Source of the DNA: Octopus sinensis
Lineage: Eukaryota
NCBI RefSeq assembly: GCF_006345805.1
Contig: NW_021826696.1
Coordinates: 1 to 12,179, forward strand
DNA: 12,179 nt
Reading direction: 5' to 3'
Of the stretch, positions 1 to 9,129 are shown in pieces; position 1 is the stretch's first letter; the number at the start of each line of letters is the position of its first letter. The position numbers and the translations under genes are program-made. Below the pieces are notes generated by a model. It was not told where the DNA came from. It made no database searches and saw only the letters and a list, made by a program, of their open reading frames with translations.

Positions 1-720
1 TTTTGTGTCATTCAGAAATGAGATCCATGAAAAAGAGCAGTGTTGGTAGAGAATCACCTTGAAAAATTCTGCAGTTAATGTTGATATCACCAGTGTTCGT
101 AGTATCTGTCTCTGAATTCAGTATAAGAGACAACAGTTTTTTTTCTTTTTTGCTTCATACATTGCTCTATAGAAAATTATCAATAACTGAGGAGATTTTA
201 TATATTTCCCAGCATGATTTTATATATTTCCGATCCAGCTATGAAGAAGGCTGTCAGATGCTTTTTTAGTAGTCAATCCTTGCTATAGAAATATTTTTGT
301 GTCATTTGTGGCAGTCCTCAAGAATCATTCTGTTGATTAAAAGTTGGCCTTTACCAACATATGAGCCACACTTACAGCATTTTTGTTTGCTAGAGAATAT
401 CTTGTTATCCATCAGGAAGGTATATGTACTTTCAATAATGATGGATGTTAGTATTTTATGACATAATTGGTTGGTTGTTTTGGAGGTTATTAGTTTTGTC
501 ATTCTGGAGAAGTTAGTTAGTTACTCCATTTACCAACCAGGAGGGATTTTCTTGGGGTCATAATGCTATTATAGAGGTGGGTCAGTCTCCCATGAGATTC
601 CAGGAAAGCATTCAACCAGAAGTTAGGGATTTTATCTTTACTGGGTGATTTTCATTTGCTGGATTTTCTTAGTGCATTCCCGAGATCTTTAACAAAGATA
701 TCTTTCCATATTTGCTCTCT
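1..720 (-). mobile_element. Decayed reverse transcriptase fragment of an R4/Dong-like (RLE-type) non-LTR retrotransposon
   Basis: Minus-strand translation across stops and frameshifts gives LRKSSK*KSPSKDKIPNFWLNAF, then WLVNGVT, KILTSII, KQKCCKCGSYVGKGQLLINRMILEDCHK*HKNISIARIDY, SDSLLHSWI and ININCRIFQGDSLPTLLFF. These are RT domains 0-4 in the style of R4/Dong (EQKGC..G..G.KDQLLI; GIFQGDSLSPLLF). The fragment runs off the window at position 1. Clade assigned from remembered motifs. Confidence 0.8.
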
Positions 721-852
721 AATATGTTACAAAATACTGCACTTCTCTACTTGTTGCCTATACATTCACTTTCCTTCAAACTAACAACCTTTGACACTAT
801 TTATACGTATTTCATTTTCTACTTCCTCTCATATTGTATCTTTTTGTTTCAG

Positions 853-1154
853 GCTATGGACGTAACAGTGGATTTCCGCAAAATTTCAAAACTGGTATCA
901 GTGAATGCTCATCACCACACTTGACCAGTAATAAAGAACCTTCTGTAGTTCAAGATCAGTTTAAATGGACTATTTACAATGCTACTGTTAATCTACCAGC
1001 TGTTTTGAATGATCCACGATTAGCTAAAAGAGAAACAGACTTTTTCACAAAAACTTGGGGGGAATCATTTGAGAAAAGGGATATTTCTCCTTCTCCTTAT
1101 TTACCTGAAGTGAATCGATCTCATTTTGAAAAGTATCTAAATAAGTCATCTGAG
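853..1154 (+). CDS. VPS54: VPS54 (GARP complex subunit) internal coding exon, 302 nt, phase 1 in and phase 0 out
   Basis: Acceptor tttttgtttcag ends at 852; donor GAG|gtaact at 1154/1155. Encodes ...DQFKWTIYNATVNLPAVLNDPRLAKRETDFFTKTWGESF...SPYLPEVNRSHFEKY..., which matches vertebrate VPS54 as I recall it (DQHRWTVYHSKVNLPAALNDPRLAKRESDFFTKTWG). Confidence 0.95.
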
Positions 1155-1261
1155 GTAACTTGTCTTACTTGCAATGCTTAGGCATTGTTTTTTTGATTTG
1201 CTAACCATCTATTGACTTCTATCACCATACATTAGATAGTCTAAATTCACTATTTATATAG

Positions 1262-1514
1262 GTCTGTTGTATTCATGTTGATTGAATTTTCATTGGTATA
1301 CTATTGGTTAATTCGAACTTTACTGACTGCACATTGGTACGTAGCTTGCATTACCCTTCACAAATCATTCATACATCTCTTTCTTCATTAGAGATCATCA
1401 GGTTACAGAGTATGGGATCTTGTCAAAGGCCTTCTCTTGGTCAACTAATACTTGGTACAGCTTCTTACTCCTTGCTAAGTATATTTTGCAGTAATCTCCC
1501 TTGGGAGTGTGCAT
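1262..1514 (-). mobile_element. Old RTE-clade LINE RT fragment (3' half of an interrupted copy)
   Basis: Minus strand reads DAHSQGRLLQ..YLARSKKLYQVLVDQEKAFDKIPYSVT. This is collinear with DATFLVRQLQEKYLAKDKPLYLAFVDMEKTFDRVPRYLI in the intact RT at 10343-11428. Confidence 0.75.
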
Positions 1515-1960
1515 CATCATCATCATCGCGCAACATCTGCCTGCTATGCTAGCATGGGTGGGACGGTTCCAGAAGAGCCGGCCGGGCAGAAGCCTGCGCC
1601 AGATTTCTGTGACTGTTTTGGCAGGATTTTTACAGCTGGATGCCCTTCCTAACACCAACCACTCAGCAGAGTGGACTTAATGCTTTTTACGTAGCACAAG
1701 CACAGGTGAGGTCAGTTGTGGCAAGGTTTTTACAGCTGGATGCCCTTCCGAACACCAACCACTTTACAGTGTGGACTGGGTGCTTTGAAGTGGCACCTGC
1801 ACTGACAGGGGCACCAAGTACTTGCAAGTCAAAAGAAAAAAAACTTTCAAGAAGGGAGGAGGCATTGGAGGAGGTGATCTTGTGTCAGATGATGAATGGT
1901 TATAGTGAGACAGAGAGACAGAAACAGGTGTCGTGCAAGGTTACCTGGCCGGTGAAAGAA

Positions 1961-1991
<31 letters not shown>

Positions 1992-3465
1992 TCAGGAATG
2001 AAGACAGAAACAGGTGTGCTACCGCAAAGGAAATATATGGTTACCCAACCTGAGGGAAGTGCAGGAGAGAGAGTGGGAGACAGCAGGATAGAGATATTGG
2101 TAAAAGGCCGAGCATACTCACAAAGGACAGGGATCAGAATATAAATGGGAAGGTTGAGTAAAGGAAGAGAGAGATATAGATGGTGGCAAGTGCCAGGGCA
2201 TACCCTTGAAGTTCGAATGGCATAATATAACTGCTGAAGGAAGTTTGATCAAAGAGTGTGGAGGAGGTGGGGAGAATCAGTGGCAAAAACGTGGGTATAT
2301 ATAGAGTTGGTGGGGGGCTACTGAATAGTAATGATACAGAGGAACAGGGCCATGAGAATAGGATTGGGGAGTGAGAGCTAGGCATAGTGTATGAAAGAGG
2401 AAATATGAAGAAGAGAAAAGATGTGGAAATGGAGATTGGTTTGTTGGTATAGGGTGTGTGAGAAGTTTTCTTGTTAGATGTGGGTGGGACAAAAGCGCTT
2501 CTGGAACTCAGTTTCTCTGACATGAGTGGGTCTTCTCTAGAGCTTCATATTGCCTGACATCTTGTTCCATTTTCATTTTCTCCTGTGAGGCCCAGCATCC
2601 TGAAATCAGTCCTTACCACTTCATCCTATGTCTTCCTGGGTCACCCTCTTCTGTGGGTACCATCCACTTTCAGCGATAGGCACTTCTTTATGCAGCTGTT
2701 CTCATTCATATGCATCACATGCCCAAACCAATGTAGTCTTCTCTCTTGCAATCTACATTCTATTCCTCTTATGCCCAACTTTGCTGTACATGTGCACTGA
2801 TGTTGCACATCCAACAGATCACACTACCTTCATTTCTCTCCTGTCTACGCATGTCTTCTGCAGTCAGAGCCCATGTCTCACTACCATGGAGTATAGCTCT
2901 TCGCACACAAGCTTCATATAGTCTACCTTTCACTCTGAGACTTCTTTTGTTGCCAACAGAGGTAATAGCTCTCTGAACTTCCTCCACCCAATTCTTATTC
3001 TAGAAACAATACTTTCAGAGTATCCTCCACCATTGCTAATTTGGTCACCTAGGTAAAAGAAACTATCTACTACCTCAAGAGAGCCTCCTTGGCTTTTGAG
3101 AGAATCTAAGTCCCGTGTTCTCTTAGTGCTTATTGTTCTTGCACACCTGCCACATACAAAGACAACTTTATCTGTTAATCTACCTGTGATTCCGGTACAC
3201 CTCTTATGTGTCCATAGTTTACACTGGTTGCAGTGAATGAAATTTCTTCCAACTCCTTTCCTACATATTGAGCAGGGCCATTTTACCTGATGGAAAGAGA
3301 GTTTTATCTTCTTTCTTACTAACAACTTTGGTCCTAGCTAGGTTAACTTTAAGGCCCTTTGGTTCCAGGTCTCCAATTCTGCTAAAGATTCTGCAATAAG
3401 TGCAAGGTCATCAGCATGTAGCAGTTCTCAATGGCATCCAGTTTTGGATTCCTCTGTTATGGCCT
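1512..3465 (-). mobile_element. 5'-truncated RTE-clade LINE: RT C-terminal half, PHD finger, ~1 kb 3'UTR and (GAT)n tail
   Basis: Minus strand: AITEESKTGCH*ELLHADDLALIAES (catalytic YADD is now HADD, 3407-3418), WPCSICRKGVGR...VCGRC, LRVKGRLYEACVRRAILHGSETW, WFGHVM. A pyrimidine-rich UTR follows with (CT)n, seen as (GA)n at 1964-1991, then the (GAT)5 tail at 1512-1527. Multiple stops and frameshifts. Confidence 0.9.
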
Positions 3466-3545
3466 ATTCATATTTTTTCCTTGCACAAACCTGATTGCAT
3501 CCTGTTTATTTTCTTTCTAATCACTTTGTGCTGTAACTCTTCCTG
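3466..3545 (-). mobile_element. Old RTE-clade LINE RT fragment (5' half of the interrupted copy)
   Basis: Minus strand approximates RVTAQVIRKKIN--RMQSGFVQGKNMN, against RVIAQLIIERVNLDEMQFGFVPGKSTT in the intact copy. Left boundary is approximate. Confidence 0.65.
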
Positions 3546-3967
3546 CAAAGTTACATCTTCCGATATGTATATGTATGATAAACTGAGGACTTTTATGTTG
3601 TTAAATCAACATAATACCTGATTTCTTCATGAATTCTAACACTGTCTTTGTGTGTTTGCTATTATTCTAAATTTATTTATTGAGTGAGTTAGTGCTCAAC
3701 ACCAGAGGGTGGTGTTTCTGCTCGTATCAAATAATGTTAAACAGTATTATTGCTATATGAAGCATATTGCAAATATGTGAACAGTTAGTTTTAATTTGAA
3801 TATTTTCATTTTGAAAATATTATTTATTTCATTAGTATTCATTCACTTATATATCATTAACTGATAGTAACTGCAGTGGAAAAGTATATTCCCAAAATTA
3901 CCCATTATATGACAAGTAATTTTCTTTAAGCAAACTTCTGAAGTTTAAAAAAAAATTTTTTTTTCAG

Positions 3968-4064
3968 AAATACAAAACACATCTTCTGAATTTAGATCAA
4001 ACATCCAAACAGCAAGTTCCTGATGCCATATATTCAAATTCATTGAGACACATTAAACATTTAG
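3968..4064 (+). CDS. VPS54: VPS54 internal coding exon, 97 nt, phase 0 in and phase 1 out
   Basis: Acceptor T9-cag (3956-3967) and consensus donor G|gtaagt. Open frame KYKTHLLNLDQTSKQQVPDAIYSNSLRHIKHL. Its phases bridge the phase-0 donor at 1154 and the phase-1 acceptor at 4948 exactly. Protein similarity to vertebrate VPS54 is weak here, so the call rests on splice signals and phase. Confidence 0.8.
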
Positions 4065-4090
4065 GTAAGTTAACCATACTTCTTTTAATT

Positions 4091-4880
4091 CATCATCATT
4101 TTATGTCTATTTTCCATGCTACATGGCTTGGATGGCTTGTCATGGTTTGTGTTCATTGTTGTTGGAAGCCACTGCCCACCTAGACATGTTGGAATACTAC
4201 ACTGTTTTGTAGACTATACTGGGTGCATTTTGTTATGACATTAGTGCTTGTGAGGGTGTCATGTCTTCTATAAGACTAAAGACTCCTCTCAGCCCTATGT
4301 TGTTTCTACTCAATTTATAAACCACTTTACAGATGTACTGGGTATGGTGCATTTTATTGTTGCACCAGCACTAAAGAGGTTGTCTTGTAACTCACAAAAC
4401 TAAAGTGCCCTTTGTATAATAATAGGGTGAATATAAAAGAGACTGACAAAAATATCTGAGAAAGTGAGAAAGCAAAAGTCTTATGTGAGGAACAGAGTTA
4501 TTGGTATGAATGTATGATAAAATGAGAGTAACAGGAGGAACAGTGCTGGGTGAAAAAATAGAAGAGAAACAGTATTGCTAAAGGTTAGTAGGAGAGAGGC
4601 AGTGATAGCAAATACCTGATTGGTGTTATGAGCGATTGATGGTCACTTATATGAGACAGGTGATGGTTAACAGAAGTGTGACAATGGAGAGTAAGAGTTC
4701 TTGATTCATAAGGCATTGTGATGGGAAAGACAGAGATAGTGATTTGGAGGATGAGGGGAGGTTAATTAAGGAGTGATCATGTGCTATTTCCCATTACATG
4801 GGTGATTATGGTACAGTAAATATAAGAAGGTGAATGGTAGTGTAAGAGAAATGGGATGGTGTCAAAGAGTTAAGAGAGTC
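4091..4880 (-). mobile_element. Highly decayed RTE-type 3'UTR/tail remnant
   Basis: Starts catcatcattttatgtctattttccatgctacatgg, resembling the tail ends at 1512 and 8128. A purine-rich tract follows, like 1830-2500. Right boundary is uncertain. Confidence 0.5.
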
Positions 4881-4947
4881 TGTTAAATGTTACAAAAACT
4901 AAACCTCTGTCAGATTTATTTGACACTTCTGATATTCATATTTATAG

Positions 4948-4982
4948 AAAAGAATCGTGCTGAATTGGACCAGGTACCGAAG
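4948..4982 (+). CDS. VPS54: VPS54 short coding exon, 35 nt, phase 1 in and phase 0 out
   Basis: Acceptor atttatag ends at 4947; donor AAG|gtaaga. Encodes (E)KNRAELDQVPK, matching vertebrate (D)KSRTDLEQVPK as recalled. Confidence 0.92.
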
Positions 4983-5019
4983 GTAAGAAAAACACACTTT
5001 AATATTATGATTGGTTTTA

Positions 5020-5203
5020 CCCCAGACAAAATGCTTAGTGGCAGTTCATCCATCCTTACATTCTGGGTTCAAATTCTGCAAGGTTGACTTGACCTTCATT
5101 TCTTTCAGAGTTGATAAAATAAGTACCAGTTGAGCACTGGGGTCGATGCAATTGACTTAACCCCTCCTTTGAGATTGCTGGCCTTGTGTCAAAATTTTAA
5201 AGC
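5020..5203 (+). mobile_element. 5'-truncated tRNA-derived SINE with a 19-bp target-site duplication
   Basis: Pol III B-box GGTTCAAATTC at 5066-5076. Central domain ggttgacttgaccttcatttctttcagagttgataaaataagtaccag resembles the MetaSINE/MESC core as recalled. Flanked by aatattatgattggtttta (5001-5019) and aatattatgactggtttta (5204-5222), 18/19 identical. Confidence 0.85.
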
Positions 5204-5271
5204 AATATTATGACTGGTTTTAGAAGTGTGGAGATAGTTGAAACAGAATCCAAGCCTCAGTTTCTTTTCTT

Positions 5272-5400
5272 CATTCATTCTACTTTCATTTTACCATGCT
5301 AACATGGGTTGGACAAACACATTATTGTGACATTGTTTTACAACTGGTTACCATTCTTGTTAATCCTTACCTGTTTTCTAAATGAGGTGTTATTTATTCA
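5272..5400 (-). mobile_element. Short decayed RTE-tail-related repeat
   Basis: ttttaccatgctaacatgggttggac and ttttacaactgg match the motifs at 8142-8167 and 8231-8240. Confidence 0.45.
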
Positions 5401-5785
5401 CTCATCTTCAAAAGTATATATACATACACATACTAATCCTTTCAGGAAAATAGTCCTGTTCAATATTTGTAAAATATATTGATATAGTTGCATATAAGAG
5501 AGTAAGGCAGAGAGAGAAAGAAAGAAAAAGGAGAGAGAAAAGACAGAGCGAAGCATCCATGACATATGGTAGAGGGAATGTATTATTTGTGTGGTTAAAA
5601 AGGTTAGTTGAATGTAGTGATATACAAGAGAGTTAATATAATTTTAGCAGAGGGTTGATGTTCTGATGGTGAGATTAAAGAATGGCAGAGAGAGAGAGAG
5701 AGAGAAAGAGAGAGGTGGTTGTGATGGAGGTGGTGATGGTGAATGTGTAGTGAAAAGTATTTTTTTTAATTGAACTAAGTTTTTT

Positions 5786-6085
5786 ATATCACCTATCACT
5801 TAATGCATGTGCATCCCAAACTTGCCATTCACTTTAGAAAGAAACCAGTTTCCCATTTGCTTGTAATATGCAATGACTATCAATAAATCACAAGGAAAGA
5901 CATTTGATATAGTGGGGCTATTTTTGCTTGAACCTGTATTTGGCCATAATCAGCTATATGTTGCATTCTTAAGGGTTTGCAAATTATCTGATTCAAGGGT
6001 TAAAGTTATCAACACTGATAAACAAGGGAAAAGAAGATGGAGAACTTACACAAAGAACATAGTCTGCAAAGAAGTATTGGATTGA
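5786..6085 (+). mobile_element. Helitron RepHel Pif1-like helicase C-terminal fragment (pseudogenised)
   Basis: [53 protein letters not shown]...TKNIVCKEVLD*. This matches the Helitron helicase end LPF...RRQFP...[12 protein letters not shown]...VG..L..PVFSHGQLYVA.SRV...TKNVVY.EV. In-frame stop at 5864-5866. Confidence 0.9.
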
Positions 6086-6599
6086 AAGGTGTTTGCAAAT
6101 TGAAATGTGTATTGGCTCTGACCCATCACGTTGGTTTATAAGTTACCAACAGTGTAGTTTTCAGAGTATGCCATGTTGCATTAAATTTTTACACCCCATG
6201 AAATTGTGACCCATATATTCTACATGTGAAATATTTGTTTTACTACAAAATCTGTTTTCTAAATATGAAATTGTGCCCATGTAAATTTTAAAATGTAATT
6301 TTTCCGTTGATGGAGAAAATGGAAAAATAAGAGTGAATATTTATTTTATGAGTGCTGTGTATTAAGTCTATAAAATTGCACATAAAATATATAAAGTATA
6401 TATATATATATATAAAGTGCATTAAGTAATTATCATATTCCAATTTCCTTCACTTTTCAATGAATAGCAGATGAACAACTTATCTTTTGTAACAGGTACA
6501 ACTCAGGCTATGCTTTCAGTTTTTTTTTGGATAAAGTTTTCAGGAATAACCCAATAAGTTTACTATTAATTCTGTGATATAGTTTGCACTGGGTACATC

Positions 6600-7400
6600 G
6601 TGTGGTGTTCGCTCTAAGAACACATGGAAAATAGATCTTCTTGAATGCTCATGAGGATCCTTAGAGGTTGTAGATAGTTTTGTTACCTAGGTGACCTCAT
6701 TAACAATGGAGGAGGATGTTCTGAATGTATAGCAGTCCAAGTAAAAACAGACTGGAGGAAGTTTAGAGAGCTACTAACATTGTTAGTAACAAAAAGTTTC
6801 ACTCTCAGAGTGAAAGGCAGATTATATGATACTTGAGTATAAACAGCAATGCTACTTGATAGTGAGACATGGATCCTGAATGCAGAAGACATGTAAAGAG
6901 TGAAAGAAATGAAGCCAACATTCTCTACTGGATGTGCAATGTCTGTGTGTGCCTACAACATAGTGCACATGTGTTGAGAAAAAAATTGGGTATAAGAGGT
7001 ATCAAATGTAGTGTGCAAGAGAGTAGGCTGCACTGGTATGGTCATGTATTGTGTGTGGATGAGAGCAGCTGCATAAAGAAGTGGTAATTGCGATTGTATG
7101 AAAGAGGGAGGCCCAAGAAGACAAAGAATGAAGTAGTGAAGACCAACCTCAGGTTGTTTAGCATTAAGGAGCAAATGACAAGGACTGAGATGATAAGTGA
7201 TTTACTGTCCTTGAGAAGACCTGTCCATTTCAGCAAAAAATTAGGTCCTGAAAGAATATTGTTAATGTATATGCCTTCCCCACAACTCAGTTTTGTAATA
7301 CCCATCATCAACCTTCTAACTGTGGTATTGTTTCTTTACATATTTCATCACCCTCTCCTTTGTACTACCAATGTATCTCCTGTTTCCTTGTGATGTAAAT
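6600..7400 (+). mobile_element. Decayed RTE-clade LINE 3' fragment (ORF end plus partial UTR)
   Basis: LEVVDSFCYLGDLINNGGGCSECIAVQVKTDWRKFRELLTLLVTKSFTLRVKGRLYD, then SETW and ESRLHWYGHV...SCIKK...RGRPKKT. Homologous to 11590-12120. Boundaries are approximate. Confidence 0.85.
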
Positions 7401-7479
7401 ACTCTGTTGTTTCACACAGTAGCAATGTGAAGAAAGCAAAAAACTTTGCAGACATTTCCATGCTTACATACACGTACAC

Positions 7480-7600
7480 ACTCACACAGTTCCATCTACT
7501 AAATTTCATTGACAAAGCATTGATTTATCTATTAGTATAGTCGAAGACACTTAGCAGTACTATGCAGTAGGATCTTAACTCAAAGTTATTTATTGCTTAT
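7480..7600 (+). mobile_element. Degenerate SINE fragment
   Basis: cagttccatctactaaatttcattgacaaagcattgat...tatagtcgaagacactt resembles a common octopus SINE segment as recalled, and the minus-strand piece at 9130-9184. Confidence 0.4.
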
Positions 7601-7711
7601 GAGAAATATATATAAATATTCATATGTATAAAAGCAGTACATTGTCACTGCTTTTGCTCAACAATAACAACATGAAGACCCATGGAAATACACACACACA
7701 TAAATTATATA

Positions 7712-7935
7712 CCATCACCACCACCACCGCTGCCGCCGTCATCATCATCATTAATGTGTGTCTTGCATGCTATCAAGAATGAGATATGGCAGTTATAAGC
7801 TGTAGCTGAGGTAAATAAGTGATTATTGATGGTACAGAAGGAGTGATCAGTGGAAAGGGATGATATTGAGAATGAAGAATGGATGTCAAAAGGAAGTGAT
7901 TCTTGGGAGAGGGAGGGATAACTGGTAGTACAGAA
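7712..7935 (-). mobile_element. Decayed RTE-type 3'UTR with (GAT)n/(GGT)n tail
   Basis: (CAC)n/(CAT)n run at 7712-7751, followed by atgtgtgtcttgcatgct and a purine-rich tract. Confidence 0.4.
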
Positions 7936-7999
7936 AGAAGGATAAAATATGTAATTCAGCTCTCATATAATTACAGCAGCAGACTATAGAATGCTTTTC

Positions 8000-8098
8000 A
8001 TTTTTTGTTACCAACAGTGTTATTAGCACTTTGAACTCTCTCCAGCCTGATCTTACTCTGTCTACTATACTTTCAGAATATGCTCCACAACTGCTAAA
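8000..8098 (-). mobile_element. Small RTE ORF fragment
   Basis: Minus strand SSCGAYSESIVDRVRSGWREFKVLITLLVTK, against SSGGGCAESVTARVRIA*AKFRELLPLLVTK at 11638-11730. Confidence 0.7.
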
Positions 8099-8127
8099 AG
8101 TTGTAGACCCTGACACTTAATTTCTTT

Positions 8128-8382
8128 ATCATCATCGTCTGTTTTCCATGCTAGCATGGGTTGGACGGTTTGACTGGGGTCTGGGAAGCCAGTAGGCTGC
8201 ACTGGGCTCCAGTCTGATCTGGCAGTGTTTCTACAGCTGGATGCCCTTCCTAATGCCAACCACTCTGAGAGTGTAGTGGCTGCTTTTTTTATGTGCTACC
8301 AACACGGGCCAGAGGGAGCTGGCATCGACCACGATCAGATGGTGCTTTTTACGTGCCACCATCACGGGGACCACAACTACAA
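8128..8382 (-). mobile_element. RTE 3'-tail-related non-autonomous repeat (SINE-like)
   Basis: atcatcatcgtctgttttccatgctagcatgggttggacgg...ctacagctggatgcccttcctaatgccaaccact shares its terminal motifs with the RTE tail at 1512-1665. Confidence 0.85.
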
Positions 8383-8387
8383 ATACT

Positions 8388-8453
8388 TATATGTTGTTGT
8401 TGTATGTTATTGTAATAACCAAAGATTGACTTTGACCTAAACGAATTTGGTTT
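8388..8453. repeat. Left arm of a 66-bp inverted repeat
   Basis: Reverse complement of 9185-9250 at 65/66 positions; the only mismatch is G8412 against T9226. Confidence 0.97.
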
Positions 8454-8609
8454 AATATTTTTGAGATATATTGAAATGTATTTTGATAGTTGTAGATTCT
8501 CTTTACATAATTGTTTTGTCTGTTATAATTTTGTTGTATTTTTTTTATTGTAATTGTTATATAGTTGAAAAGTTAAAGCTCACACTCATAAACATAGGCA
8601 TTTGAATTA

Positions 8610-8950
8610 CTGTATTTGATGGCCTATAAGACACACCTTTTTTTTACCCAAAAATGGCTTTAAACATCCCCCTGCATCCAGTGCACTCAATGTAGGCTCA
8701 AAAATTGCTCAAAACAGTATGTATGTTTATAAAACATGTGCTGCTATCTATTGGTGAAAAATCGCCTACTGTATGTTTATATTGAATGTTATTAAGCAAT
8801 AAATTGCTTATAATCACCGATAATAGCAAAGTTATACAGGTAAATGAAGGAATTAAAACATTATTTTAGTGCTAATTTATTTTACAAGAGTATAGCCTAG
8901 GCCAAGGTATGTCCTATGCACTCATGCATCTTATAGGCCATCAGATATGG
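8610..8950. mobile_element. 341-bp MITE of the Tc1/mariner superfamily (Tc2/pogo-like TIRs)
   Basis: TA at 8608-8609 and at 8951-8952. TIRs CTGTATTTGATGGCCTATAAGACACA and the reverse complement CCATATCTGATGGCCTATAAGATGCA match at 21/26. The inferred CCGTATTT start is typical of Tc2/pogo-type TIRs. No ORF. Confidence 0.85.
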
Positions 8951-9002
8951 TAATTTCTTTTACAATCCAGCTGTCCTTTCACACAGAGTTTTGTCTGTCT
9001 TT

Positions 9003-9098
9003 AAGACAAAGCTCTGAAGAGACTTATGTAAATGGATATGAATTGGTTATAAATCAAATAATATATATAAGTCGAAACAAATTGTTGTCTTTTAGTTT
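9003..9098 (+). ncRNA. Hammerhead-ribozyme-like motif (type I core intact, stem I out of register)
   Basis: CTGAAGA at 9014-9020; stem II GACTTATGTA/TATATAAGTC (9021-9030/9064-9073); GAAA at 9074-9077; stem III ACAA-ATTG-TTGT; GUC triplet at 9087-9089. Stem I needs a 2-3 nt offset to pair. Confidence 0.6.
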
Positions 9099-9129
9099 TT
9101 TAAGGTTATATTATATTCATAGTATATTA

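Noticed and set aside
2134-2523. ORFs of 71-137 aa in 1640-2523
   Set aside because: Low-complexity purine/pyrimidine-biased RTE 3'UTR with no recognisable protein motifs.
3799-3946. Short palindromes AATATTTTCA/TGAAAATATT and AAACTTC/GAAGTTT upstream of the 3968 acceptor
   Set aside because: Expected by chance in about 75% AT sequence, with no supporting context.
6471-6495. Possible exon cag|ATGAACAACTTATCTTTTGTAACAG|gtacaa
   Set aside because: 25 nt would shift the frame, the donor is weak, and it does not resemble the expected next VPS54 exon (IFMKPDF...LPW). That exon is not visible in the window.
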